Shown one piece after another: positions 8,547-17,742 of a stretch of DNA of 35,752 nucleotides (position 1 is the stretch's first letter; each line of letters starts with the position of its first letter). Position numbers and translations under genes: made by a program. Location: NCBI GenBank assembly GCA_031414775.1, contig JANOQI010000064.1, forward strand, positions 1-35,752. Direction: 5' to 3'. This DNA is from Synechococcales cyanobacterium VAR_4_metabat_354 (GTDB lineage: Bacteria; Cyanobacteriota; Cyanobacteriia; Cyanobacteriales; Chamaesiphonaceae). The notes beneath the pieces are model-generated. The model saw only the letters and a program-made list of their open reading frames with translations. It made no database searches and had not been told where the DNA came from.

Positions 8547-10073
8547 TTAGGCTTTAAGCTGACCGCCAAAATGCTCAATTAACAGCTCTTGTAGTATTGG
8601 TTCAAGGTCTTCACAGGGAACACCTTTGCGCACACAAGTACCCAGGTGAGCATCTTTACCAACGGTGCCGCCCATATAGATGTCTACACCTTCTAGTGTC
8701 TTGCCCTCTTTACGTACCTTGGTACCCATCAAACCAATGTCGGCTACTTGTGGCTGGCCACAAGAATTGGGGCAACCTGTCCAGTGAAAACGGACTGGCT
8801 GTGGTACATCGATCGTATTTTGAAGCTTGGTGGCAAAGCTTTCGGCTTGCTGCTTGGTTTCCATCAAAGCAAAGTTGCAAAACTGGGCACCAGTGCAAGA
8901 AACCACACTCCGTAACAGGTTGCCCGGACTCGGCGAAAACTTCTCTAGGAGCGGATCAGCCAATAGGGCTGCTAACCTGTCAGCTGGCACATTGGGGATA
9001 ACAGCATTTTGTTCGATCGTAAACCGCAGTTCCCCACTACCATAGACTTCGGCAATTCTGGCTAGCTCAAACATGTCATCAGCAAATAGCCGTCCCAACG
9101 GAATGTGCACCCCAACATAATGTAAGCCCGACTGCTTCTGGTCATATACCCCCAGATGATCTCGTTTTTCCCACATAAATTCGTCTTTAGGAGCCGCTGT
9201 AGCCAACGTTGATCCAAATTCTTTTTCCAGCTCGGCACGTAGCTTGGGAATACCCCATTCATCAATTAACCACATCAGTCTGGCTTTGGTACGGTTAATT
9301 CGTAAGCCATGATCCCGAAAAACGCGCAGCAACGCTAGACTGACACCGATCACATCTGCTGGTGCTACCCAGGCATCGATCGGGACAGCTGGTTCGATTC
9401 GTTTGCCCGAAAAGAAACCACCTACAACGATATTAAAACCAAATTCGCCATTCAAATAAGCTGGTACAAAAGCTAAATCATTGATTTCGGCATGTACCGA
9501 GTTGTCGCGACAGCCAGCAATCGCAATATTGAATTTACGTGGTAGGTTACTAAATTCCGGATTACCCTCACCATAGCCAATAATTTGGTCTTGCAGATCC
9601 TGAATCATTTGGCGAGTGTCGTACAGCTCATCGGCCTCCAAACCAGCAACTGGAGAACCAGTGATATTGCGCACATTGTCCATGCCAGACTGCAAACTAG
9701 TCAGGTTCACCGCAGCCATCTGTTCAAAGATATCAGGCAGATCCTCAATCCGAATACCCCGTAGTTGAATGTTTTGGCGAGTGGTAATATCGGCGCTGCC
9801 TTCGTCACCATAACGTTGCATAATCTGCCCTAAAACCCGCAGCTGTTTGCTATCGATAATGCCACTAGGTAGCCGGAAGCGCATCATAAACTTTCCGGGG
9901 GTCACAGGTCGCCAAAATACCCCTAACCACTTGAGTCGATGCTCGCGATCGTTAGTGTCCATCGCTTCCCAGCCCATTTTGGCAAACTCGGCCAGTTGGG
10001 ACTTAACTAGCAGGCCATCTTTTTCGGCTTTGAGCTTTTCAAACTTGTTCAGGCTGGGTGTAGCAATGGTCAT
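8547..10073 (-). CDS. nirA: Ferredoxin-nitrite reductase
   Basis: LNKFEKLKAEKDGL, ITTRQNIQ, LPRKFN, SCTGAQFC and TGCPNSC siroheme/4Fe-4S cysteines; ATG at 10073 fits the promoter position. Confidence 0.97.
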   Translation of the reverse strand: MTIATPSLNKFEKLKAEKDGLLVKSQLAEFAKMGWEAMDTNDREHRLKWLGVFWRPVTPGKFMMRFRLPSGIIDSKQLRVLGQIMQRYGDEGSADITTRQNIQLRGIRIEDLPDIFEQMAAVNLTSLQSGMDNVRNITGSPVAGLEADELYDTRQMIQDLQDQIIGYGEGNPEFSNLPRKFNIAIAGCRDNSVHAEINDLAFVPAYLNGEFGFNIVVGGFFSGKRIEPAVPIDAWVAPADVIGVSLALLRVFRDHGLRINRTKARLMWLIDEWGIPKLRAELEKEFGSTLATAAPKDEFMWEKRDHLGVYDQKQSGLHYVGVHIPLGRLFADDMFELARIAEVYGSGELRFTIEQNAVIPNVPADRLAALLADPLLEKFSPSPGNLLRSVVSCTGAQFCNFALMETKQQAESFATKLQNTIDVPQPVRFHWTGCPNSCGQPQVADIGLMGTKVRKEGKTLEGVDIYMGGTVGKDAHLGTCVRKGVPCEDLEPILQELLIEHFGGQLKA

Positions 10074-10110
10074 ATAGTCCTGCTCTCTATCGAAAATGTC
10101 TTGAGCATTA

Positions 10111-10153
10111 AATTTAACGATAAACACCATTGATAATTAGTATCAATTGTTAC
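10111..10153 (-). promoter_or_regulatory. NtcA-activated promoter of nirA
   Basis: GTA-N8-TAC box at 10140-10153 (GTAACAATTGATAC on minus strand); TAN3T -10 (TAAATT) 23 bp downstream at 10116-10111. Confidence 0.85.
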
Positions 10154-10168
10154 GAAATGTTGATCACG

Positions 10169-10183
10169 ATGCATTTATTGCAT
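10169..10183. promoter_or_regulatory. NtcB (LysR) AT-N11-AT box
   Basis: ATGCA-TTTAT-TGCAT inverted repeat centred about 30 bp upstream of the NtcA box. Confidence 0.7.
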
Positions 10184-10277
10184 AATTATGACGCATTGGC
10201 AGGAATTTAATAACGTAGATTAAGTAAGCAGTCTAAATCTCCGGCATAATTTGGGCAGTGGCCATCACATATCTAGC

Positions 10278-10880
10278 ATGTCTAAAGTAAATCAGATTCT
10301 CCAATTTTGGTTTGGCTCTCCACTGAGCGCACCTAGCGAAAGTTATAGGAGCGAAAGCTATGGGCAGTTTCAGCCCTGGTGGTTTAAAGCAGACCCCGCG
10401 ATCGATCGACAACTGCAAGATCTCTTTACCGAGGATTACCAGTTGGCAGCGGCGGGTTATTTGGATGGCTGGCAAGGCTGGCCACACAGCTGTCTGGCGC
10501 TAATTTTATTATTAGACCAACTACCACGCAACTTGTTTCGGGGCAGCGCCGCTGCTTTTGATACAGATCCGCAAGCCCTGGCCATCGCCCAGCAAGCTAT
10601 TCAAGCAGGGATCGATCGAGAATTTCTGCCGATTCAACGTTGGTTCTTTTATCTACCCCTCGAACACAGCGAAAATATAGGAAATCAAGAACAGTGTCTG
10701 GCTCTTTTCCAACAACTGCCTGAGCATCTAGGCAAAGAACAGGCCGTCGCAGCTGCTAATCAACACCACCAGCTGATTAGACAGTTTGGTCGCTTTCCCC
10801 ACCGAAATATTTTGCTGGGTCGGGAGTCCACCCCCGCTGAGCTAGAGTATCTTAACCGTCCTGACTCATTTCGAGGGTAA
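10278..10880 (+). CDS. DUF924 family protein
   Basis: ILQFWFG, WWF..D, LALILLLDQLPRNLFR, FFYLPLEHSE, FGRFPHRN..LGREST. Confidence 0.93.
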   Translation: MSKVNQILQFWFGSPLSAPSESYRSESYGQFQPWWFKADPAIDRQLQDLFTEDYQLAAAGYLDGWQGWPHSCLALILLLDQLPRNLFRGSAAAFDTDPQALAIAQQAIQAGIDREFLPIQRWFFYLPLEHSENIGNQEQCLALFQQLPEHLGKEQAVAAANQHHQLIRQFGRFPHRNILLGRESTPAELEYLNRPDSFRG

Positions 10881-10881
10881 T

Positions 10882-12138
10882 ATGTCGAATTTGGCTTCAG
10901 CACAGGCGGCCGCAGCTGTCCAAGATTGGCCATTGGTGAACACTTGTTTAGCGGAATTGTCACTGACCACTGCCAGTCCGCCGGAGCAGTCTCAGATATT
11001 AGATTTGGCCTTACAAGTACTGAGGGCGGAGGACTTTCAAGATGGGTGGGCAGTTACCAAAATATTGCCAGCACTGGGTGAAATGGCGATCGAACCACTG
11101 CTCATGATGCTGCAAGATGATTCTTTAGAGCCAGAAGTACAGTGGCTGGTGGGTAAGGTGCTGGGCGAATTTCGATCGCCATTAGTCGCGACTGGTTTAG
11201 CACAATGCTTACTCCAACATCCTGATTCTGAGCTAGCCGAAATTGCCCTGCGGGCTCTCATTCAGATAGGCAATGTGGCAATCAGTCAGCTCACAGCCTT
11301 GCTAAAAACCAATAAATTGGCGGCTGTGACTGCCCTCGCTCAAATTCGTCACTCTCCCGCAATTACACCGCTCTTGACCGTAGTAAACGATCCCGATCCG
11401 CAAGTTAGATATCTAGCGATCGAAGCACTAAGTAGTTTCCATGATTCTCAAGTACCGCCCTTACTCATTCAAAAGCTCACCGATGTCTCGGCAGCGGTGC
11501 GGCGAGCAGCGGTCATTGGCTTGGGCTTACGAGCAGATCTCCATGCCGAATTACAGTTAGTAACCAAACTACAGCCCCTGCTCCTAGACTTAAACTTAGG
11601 TGTACGTACCGCCACCGCGATTGCATTGGGGCGTTTTGGTGATGAGCTGGCTGCTCAGGCATTGTTTAATTGCTATCAGCAACCCGCTTGTCCAGAAGCA
11701 TTGCAAAGACAAATCGTGCGGTGTCTGGGTTGGATCGATCGACCTTTTGCCCTCCAGTATCTACAAGCCATCATCACAACTAGTTCCCTCGCAGTCATTC
11801 CAGAAGTGATTCGATCCCTAGGCCAAAGTCGGGAATTGCTCGCCATCAAGATTTTGACTGATTATTTACAGATATTACCACCAGATTATCCAGCTCAAAT
11901 TAAGCAAGAAATAGCTTGTAGCTTAGGGAACTTCCCAAAAACGGTGGCGGTCGAAGAAGTTATCAAGCTACTGGCCGACAGCAACGAACAAGTGCGCTGG
12001 CACGCCATCTATTGTTTGAAGCAGTTCGATCGAACTATAGTAAGCGACAGGTTACAGCAGTTGCGACTGTCCGCCACGACCGATCCTCTTCTCTTAGCTG
12101 GAGTTGAACAATGTCTATTAGCTTGGAAAGAAAGTTAG
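10882..12138 (+). CDS. nirB: HEAT-repeat protein, NirB-like (nitrite reductase maturation)
   Basis: Multiple HEAT/PBS-lyase repeats; lies divergent from nirA and upstream of ntcB-cnaT, as in other cyanobacteria; the symbol rests on synteny. Confidence 0.7.
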   Translation: MSNLASAQAAAAVQDWPLVNTCLAELSLTTASPPEQSQILDLALQVLRAEDFQDGWAVTKILPALGEMAIEPLLMMLQDDSLEPEVQWLVGKVLGEFRSPLVATGLAQCLLQHPDSELAEIALRALIQIGNVAISQLTALLKTNKLAAVTALAQIRHSPAITPLLTVVNDPDPQVRYLAIEALSSFHDSQVPPLLIQKLTDVSAAVRRAAVIGLGLRADLHAELQLVTKLQPLLLDLNLGVRTATAIALGRFGDELAAQALFNCYQQPACPEALQRQIVRCLGWIDRPFALQYLQAIITTSSLAVIPEVIRSLGQSRELLAIKILTDYLQILPPDYPAQIKQEIACSLGNFPKTVAVEEVIKLLADSNEQVRWHAIYCLKQFDRTIVSDRLQQLRLSATTDPLLLAGVEQCLLAWKES

Positions 12139-12353
12139 AACAAATTATTTCTCTGGGGGAATGTGGTGTGATAAATTGAATGACTGTCCACCTCAAAATC
12201 TTAAGACATAAAGCTGATTAACATGTCTGAGATTATCGATAGAATGGAGTCACACCAATTTTTCGCGGTCTCTTCAGCAAACAGATTACTGCTGTTTCTA
12301 TCGAGCAATTTTCATCTTTTTATATTACGCAAGTGCCATTAATCTAGGTTCAT

Positions 12354-12899
12354 ATGTTTCAACGATATCTTCAGCAAAACTGGTTTTTAACTGCGCTCAT
12401 TTTATTTTCATTAATGGTGCCAGCACAAGCTCAAAATATCATTGACGCTCCCAACACCATCGATGGGACTGAAAAAACCATCAATGAATATGTTCCCCAA
12501 AAAAATGAAATTAATATAGTGCTCAAAGTGAGTGAGCGGCGCGCCTACCTCTATCGCGGCCAAAAACTGCTAAAGAAAATTCCGGTAGCTGTAGGTAAAA
12601 AAGGCTGGGAAACACCTACTGGTGATTGGAAAGTTCAGCTGATGAAAAAAAATCCTGGTTGGCTCAGCTTTAAAACTGGCGAAGCTTTTCCACCGGGGAA
12701 AGATAATCCTTTAGGCGAGAGATGGATTGGCTTTTGGTACGATGAAAAAAGCGGTGACCAAATTGGATTCCACGGCACTAGCAATTTGAAATCGATCGGC
12801 CAAGCTGCTTCACATGGCTGCGTGCGGATGAGTAATAAAAATGTCAAGATGCTTTATAAGTTGGTACAAGTGGGTACGGTAGTGAGGGTAAGAGCTTAG
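12354..12899 (+). CDS. L,D-transpeptidase (YkuD family)
   Basis: PVAVGKKGWETPTG, NPLGERWIG, IGFHGT, SHGCVRM. Confidence 0.93.
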   Translation: MFQRYLQQNWFLTALILFSLMVPAQAQNIIDAPNTIDGTEKTINEYVPQKNEINIVLKVSERRAYLYRGQKLLKKIPVAVGKKGWETPTGDWKVQLMKKNPGWLSFKTGEAFPPGKDNPLGERWIGFWYDEKSGDQIGFHGTSNLKSIGQAASHGCVRMSNKNVKMLYKLVQVGTVVRVRA

Positions 12900-13071
12900 T
12901 ATTTTTTCATATCTGTCTGTGAGTTAATAATCCAAACTTTGATCTGAGATTAATCTGGGGATGTAAACAATCAGTTCAGATGAGTGGTTAGTGAATTTTT
13001 GTTTTTTGAATCTGCTGGCATTAATTCATAGGCTAAACTAATAAAATCGGATTCTGTGGCGGCTTTGCTAT

Positions 13072-14046
13072 ATGCGTGTTGAGCAACTACAAACATTTTT
13101 AGCTATTGTCGAAACCCACAGTTTTTTGCAGGCTGCCCGGCGGTGCGGTCTTACCCAATCAACTGTGAGCCGGCAAATTCAAGCGCTAGAGACCGACTTG
13201 CAATCAGCTCTTTTTCACCGCAGCAACCAGTCAAAATTGACTGTGGCTGGGGAGGAGCTATTGCCTCATGCCCGGAAAATTTGTGATGAATGGCAACAGG
13301 CCACTCAAAAAATCAATGATCTGCTCGCTGGCAAACAACCAGAAATTTGTGTAGCGGCCATTCACTCAGTTTGCGCTTACTTTTTGCCACCAGTCTTGCA
13401 GCAGTTTTGTTTGCAATATCCTGAAGTACAGTTGCGGGTCACTGCTTTGGGTAGCGATCGAGCGCTGAAGGTCATGCGTGATGGTTTAATTGATGTGGCG
13501 ATCGTCATGCAAAATCGGCTGTTTACGAGCAGTGCTGACTTAGTGGTGTGGGAGCTTTATAGTGAACCGATCGAAGCGTTGATCCCTACTAGTCATCCGC
13601 TGGCCAAATACTCCGTGATTCCCTGGGCAGAGCTAATACTGTATCCACAGGTGGTATTTAAAGATGGTTACGGGATGCAACGGTTGGTACAAGAGCAGTT
13701 TTCCAAGCTGGGAGCTAAGCTACAGGCAGTGTTGGAACTCAACACGCTAGATGCTTTTCGGGGCGTGGTGCAGCAGGGTGAGCTAATTGCGCTACTGCCT
13801 CGATCAGCCTTGATGGATATCCAACCGGATATCGGTCTGACCGTCCGTAAAATTGAGCCATTGCCACTAGAAAAAGATGTCAGCAATACGGCAGCCGCAA
13901 TGACCCTTAGTCGCCAAGTGATGTTAGTTACCACCACTGACCGAATTTTGCTACCACCGATCGAGTATTTTTGTCAGCTTGTTCAAACCCGAGCGGCAGC
14001 ATTGGGTCTATTGAATACTATTTCCCCACATCATAAAATAAGTTGA
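13072..14046 (+). CDS. ntcB: LysR-family nitrate/nitrite assimilation regulator
   Basis: LysR HTH (MRVEQLQTF...TQSTVSRQI), ALGSDRALKV, FKDGYGMQRLV; context with nirA and cnaT. Confidence 0.9.
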   Translation: MRVEQLQTFLAIVETHSFLQAARRCGLTQSTVSRQIQALETDLQSALFHRSNQSKLTVAGEELLPHARKICDEWQQATQKINDLLAGKQPEICVAAIHSVCAYFLPPVLQQFCLQYPEVQLRVTALGSDRALKVMRDGLIDVAIVMQNRLFTSSADLVVWELYSEPIEALIPTSHPLAKYSVIPWAELILYPQVVFKDGYGMQRLVQEQFSKLGAKLQAVLELNTLDAFRGVVQQGELIALLPRSALMDIQPDIGLTVRKIEPLPLEKDVSNTAAAMTLSRQVMLVTTTDRILLPPIEYFCQLVQTRAAALGLLNTISPHHKIS

Positions 14047-14136
14047 TATCTGCTGCCTTGTTAGACGGACGGGGTATGCCGCTAGAATGATAAATAATAG
14101 TTGGGTTAGTTGTTTCGTCTCATTGGTTTTTTTAAT

Positions 14137-15180
14137 ATGGAAGAATTTCGGGAGCTGTTAAAGAAAATTGGCAGTGGTTCCCACACGGGCAAAAGTTTAG
14201 ATCGCGCAGAAGCAGCTCTAGCGATGCGCAAGATGCTGCAAGCAGAGGCGACCCCTGCCCAGATCGGTGCTTTCTTGATTGCCCATCGCATCAAGCGTCC
14301 TACTGCTGAGGAATTGGCGGGGATGTTAGATACGTGGCAAGAACTTGGTCCTTGCTTGCAGCCAGTCAGTAGTCATCAACAGCCGGTCTGTATTTTTGGC
14401 ATTCCCTATGATGGCCGCTCCCGAACAGCGCCAATTTCACCAGTAATTAGTTTATTACTGACAGCCTTGGGGGTGCCAGTAATTTTGCATGGTGATGGTC
14501 GGTTACCTACAAAATATGGTGTGCCTCTGATTGAACTATGGCAAGGTTTAGGAGTGGATTGGGCGGCTTTAAGTTTGGAGCAAGTGCAAAAAGTGTTTGC
14601 GGCTACTGGCTTGGGCTTTGTCTATGTGCCGAACCATTTTCCTTTGGCACATAGCCTCGTTACCTATCGCGACCAAATTGGCAAACGACCACCAATCGCC
14701 ACCTTAGAATTAATTTGGTCACCCTATGCGGGCGCGGCTCATCTAGTTTTTGGCTATGTCCACCCGCCTACCGAAAAGACGGCGTTGGCAGCGTTGGCCA
14801 TGCGATCTCCACCACTCCAAATCACCACCGTTAAGGGTTTAGAAGGTAGCTGTGACTTGCCTCACGATCGCCCGGTAATTGTGGGTAGTCAGCTTCCTGG
14901 TCAAGAATTAGAGCGGATTTTTCTCCATCATCAAGATATGGGCGTTACCAACCAAAATCCGCCGTTAACTGAAGATTTATTAGCGGAGTTACAGAAGGTG
15001 CTGGCTGGTCAGCCTTCCCCTCTGACTGAAACCATTATCTGGAATGGGGGATTCTACCTTTGGCACTGTGGCATGGCTCCGGATTTGCCTGCCGGAATCA
15101 CCAAAACCACTACTATGCTAAAAAATGGTCAGGTATTGGCACAGTTAGTTAAAGTCCAAGAAATAGTTAAAAACTTGTAG
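14137..15180 (+). CDS. cnaT: Anthranilate phosphoribosyltransferase-like protein CnaT
   Basis: FRELLKKIGSGSHT, QIGAFLIAHRIKRPT, PYDGRSRTAP, KGLEGSCDL; directly downstream of ntcB. Confidence 0.82.
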   Translation: MEEFRELLKKIGSGSHTGKSLDRAEAALAMRKMLQAEATPAQIGAFLIAHRIKRPTAEELAGMLDTWQELGPCLQPVSSHQQPVCIFGIPYDGRSRTAPISPVISLLLTALGVPVILHGDGRLPTKYGVPLIELWQGLGVDWAALSLEQVQKVFAATGLGFVYVPNHFPLAHSLVTYRDQIGKRPPIATLELIWSPYAGAAHLVFGYVHPPTEKTALAALAMRSPPLQITTVKGLEGSCDLPHDRPVIVGSQLPGQELERIFLHHQDMGVTNQNPPLTEDLLAELQKVLAGQPSPLTETIIWNGGFYLWHCGMAPDLPAGITKTTTMLKNGQVLAQLVKVQEIVKNL

Positions 15181-15321
15181 TCTAGATTCTTTAGTCCAGT
15201 CGATTAGTTGCTAAAGACACATCAGATTCAGATAAATTGTAACTTGAAAATTTGGCGGTTTTGGGTACCGACAATGCCATCAAGCTGAACGAGTATAATG
15301 AAAGGATGAGTTTTAGGCATC

Positions 15322-16197
15322 ATGATGGCTCACCTCGCTAACCGTCGATCTGAAAATATTGCTGGCGATCTTTATGTAGACACTAGTTGTATAGACTGTG
15401 ATACTTGTCGCTGGATGGCTCCAACGGTTTTTAATCGATCGAACAATCAGTCGGCGGTTTATCATCAGCCCCAAGATGCGATCGAACGGCTGCAAGCCAT
15501 GCAAGCTTTACTTTCTTGTCCCACGGCATCGATCGGGACTGTCAATAAGCCTAGGGATATTACTCAAGTTCAAGCCACTCTTCCCACCTTAATCGCCGAG
15601 AATGTTTATCACTGTGGCTACCATTCCGAGCATTCCTATGGTGCAGCTAGTTATCTGATTCAATTGCCAACTGGTAACATTTTAGTAGATTCACCGCGTT
15701 TCACACCCCCGTTGGTGAAAAGGATGGCAGCTATGGGTGGAGTGAAATATTTGTATCTTACCCATCGTGACGATGTGGCCGATCATCAAAAATTCCACGA
15801 TCATTTTGGCTGTACCAGAATTCTTCACCATGATGACGTGAGTAGAGATACTCAGGCAGTGGAAGAGAAAATCACCGGTACCGAACCAATCTCAATCATA
15901 CCGGATACATTGATTATTCCGGTGCCAGGGCACACGCGCGGTCATACGGTGTTGCTATATAAAAATCAGTTTTTGTTTACTGGCGACCATTTAGCCTATA
16001 GCAAAGAATTACAGCATCTCTATGCTTTTCGTAATGTCTGTTGGTATTCGTGGCCGGAGCAGTTGCTTTCTTTAGCGAAACTAACTTCCTATCAATTTAG
16101 CTGGGTTTTACCGGGTCATGGTCGGCGTTTTTATGCTGAACCGATAGCGATGAAAGAATCTCTCGATCGATGTCTCGCTTGGGCAAAAACTATGTGA
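15322..16197 (+). CDS. Ferredoxin-fused MBL-fold metallo-hydrolase
   Basis: CIDCDTC...CP Fe-S motif; THRDDVADH, PGHTRGH, FTGDH, LPGHG. Confidence 0.9.
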   Translation: MMAHLANRRSENIAGDLYVDTSCIDCDTCRWMAPTVFNRSNNQSAVYHQPQDAIERLQAMQALLSCPTASIGTVNKPRDITQVQATLPTLIAENVYHCGYHSEHSYGAASYLIQLPTGNILVDSPRFTPPLVKRMAAMGGVKYLYLTHRDDVADHQKFHDHFGCTRILHHDDVSRDTQAVEEKITGTEPISIIPDTLIIPVPGHTRGHTVLLYKNQFLFTGDHLAYSKELQHLYAFRNVCWYSWPEQLLSLAKLTSYQFSWVLPGHGRRFYAEPIAMKESLDRCLAWAKTM

Positions 16198-16214
16198 TTG
16201 AAAGGGGTAAATAG

Positions 16215-17534
16215 TTAGAACTCTACCAAAGAGTATTCCTGATTATCTTCTGGTTCCGGATCGAAAGCTGACAAACCGGCTGCAATTCTTTTTTCATCTT
16301 CATTTAACTCATCTACCGAAAAACCCTCAGCCACCATTGGGTCAAAATCCTCAAAAGTAGCTGCCAAGTCCAAAATATTTACAAACTGGCGCAGGAACTG
16401 ACGGGGCACTACCCCAACATCGCCGCGAAAACCCTCCGTTACTTTGGCTACCAATTGCTCCACAAACTGCGGCGTAATTTTAGCAATCAGACTAGGTCGA
16501 TCGGCCGTAGGATATAACTCCCGTAGTTTCATTGCCACTTCCTGCAAACGATCAGCATCAAAGGGCTTCAACTCCAATTGGGGTTGCCGAGGACTAGAAA
16601 AGTTACCAGAATGCAAAAACTTGATCCGATCATGTAACGGTGGCAATCCGGCCACTCCCCGATTAGTATCAAACAGCTCTGGCGTACCGGTAAACACCCA
16701 AAACAAGCCCCGATAGCGATCGGCCGCATCACAAATTTGACGAATTCCATTCAGCGATTTACCACGCACATCATGACGCATCCGCAGAATAGTTTCCACT
16801 TCATCAATTACAATCACCAGACCTTTATAGCCAGCCGCCTTCGTAATTTCCAAAATACCTTGCAGATAATCCAGCGCCTCCCGGCCACCAATATCGCCTT
16901 TGATGCTGGCCAACCGCTTAGAACTACCAGCCACATTCTCACTACCAGATAGCCAGGATAACAGCGCACTAGCCTCTACAATATTCCCGGCTTGCTTTAG
17001 CTCAAAGATTTTCCGCAGCACCCGGATCATATCTTCAGGAGCCTTACCACCAGTCAAAGAGGCCAAATCTTCTTCAATGCGAGTTTGTACTTGGTTGTCA
17101 AAATCTGCGCTATCTGGGTCAGCACCAGTGGCGATTAACGCATCCTCTACCCGAGCAATCCACCTGTCGATCACATCACTCAACGCTCCTCGATCGCAAG
17201 AATTGGTACCTAGCTCTTGCACAACCTTCCGATAGACATCATCAAAGCGGTGAAAATGTAAATCGTTGTCGGACACCACTACAAAACTGGTGGCGAAGCC
17301 CTGCGCCTGAGCATCTAGAATAGCCAACCGCGACATAAAAGTTTTGCCACAGCCATAACCGCCGCGCAAAAATTTGAAGGTACCTTCATTATCTCCGGCT
17401 AAAGCCAGTTGGCGATGAATTTCGTGGCGCTGGAGATTAATGCCGACGGCAAAGGCTTCCAGACCTCGATCGGGTACAACTCCCGATCGTAGTCGCTCAA
17501 AGATATGTTCGATGTCGCGAGAATTGATGTTCAT
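16215..17534 (-). CDS. brxD: BREX-system ATP-binding protein BrxD-like ATPase
   Basis: LRSGVVP..GL...AVG N-terminus, Walker A GGYGCGKT, Walker B LVIVIDE, PPLHDRI, GVVPRQFLR. Confidence 0.85.
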   Translation of the reverse strand: MNINSRDIEHIFERLRSGVVPDRGLEAFAVGINLQRHEIHRQLALAGDNEGTFKFLRGGYGCGKTFMSRLAILDAQAQGFATSFVVVSDNDLHFHRFDDVYRKVVQELGTNSCDRGALSDVIDRWIARVEDALIATGADPDSADFDNQVQTRIEEDLASLTGGKAPEDMIRVLRKIFELKQAGNIVEASALLSWLSGSENVAGSSKRLASIKGDIGGREALDYLQGILEITKAAGYKGLVIVIDEVETILRMRHDVRGKSLNGIRQICDAADRYRGLFWVFTGTPELFDTNRGVAGLPPLHDRIKFLHSGNFSSPRQPQLELKPFDADRLQEVAMKLRELYPTADRPSLIAKITPQFVEQLVAKVTEGFRGDVGVVPRQFLRQFVNILDLAATFEDFDPMVAEGFSVDELNEDEKRIAAGLSAFDPEPEDNQEYSLVEF

Positions 17535-17742
17535 GCTGAAGAGAAAGGTGCTGATAGCAGTCTACACGAAGAATTACCCAGAGAAACTTTTGCTAGTAAG
17601 TGTGATCTATAACCACTTCAATAGATCTTTCAAGTACTTGCCAACGGGTAAAACTATTGTGACTCCCGCCGAAATGATTAGTTTAATCGGCGCTGTATAA
17701 TTCAGATAACCCACAAATTCTTCCGGCAATGGATTAATTTTT

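Noticed and set aside
10074..10130. N-terminal extension of NirA in the ORF track
   Set aside because: It overlaps the predicted -10 element; the ATG at 10073 fits better.
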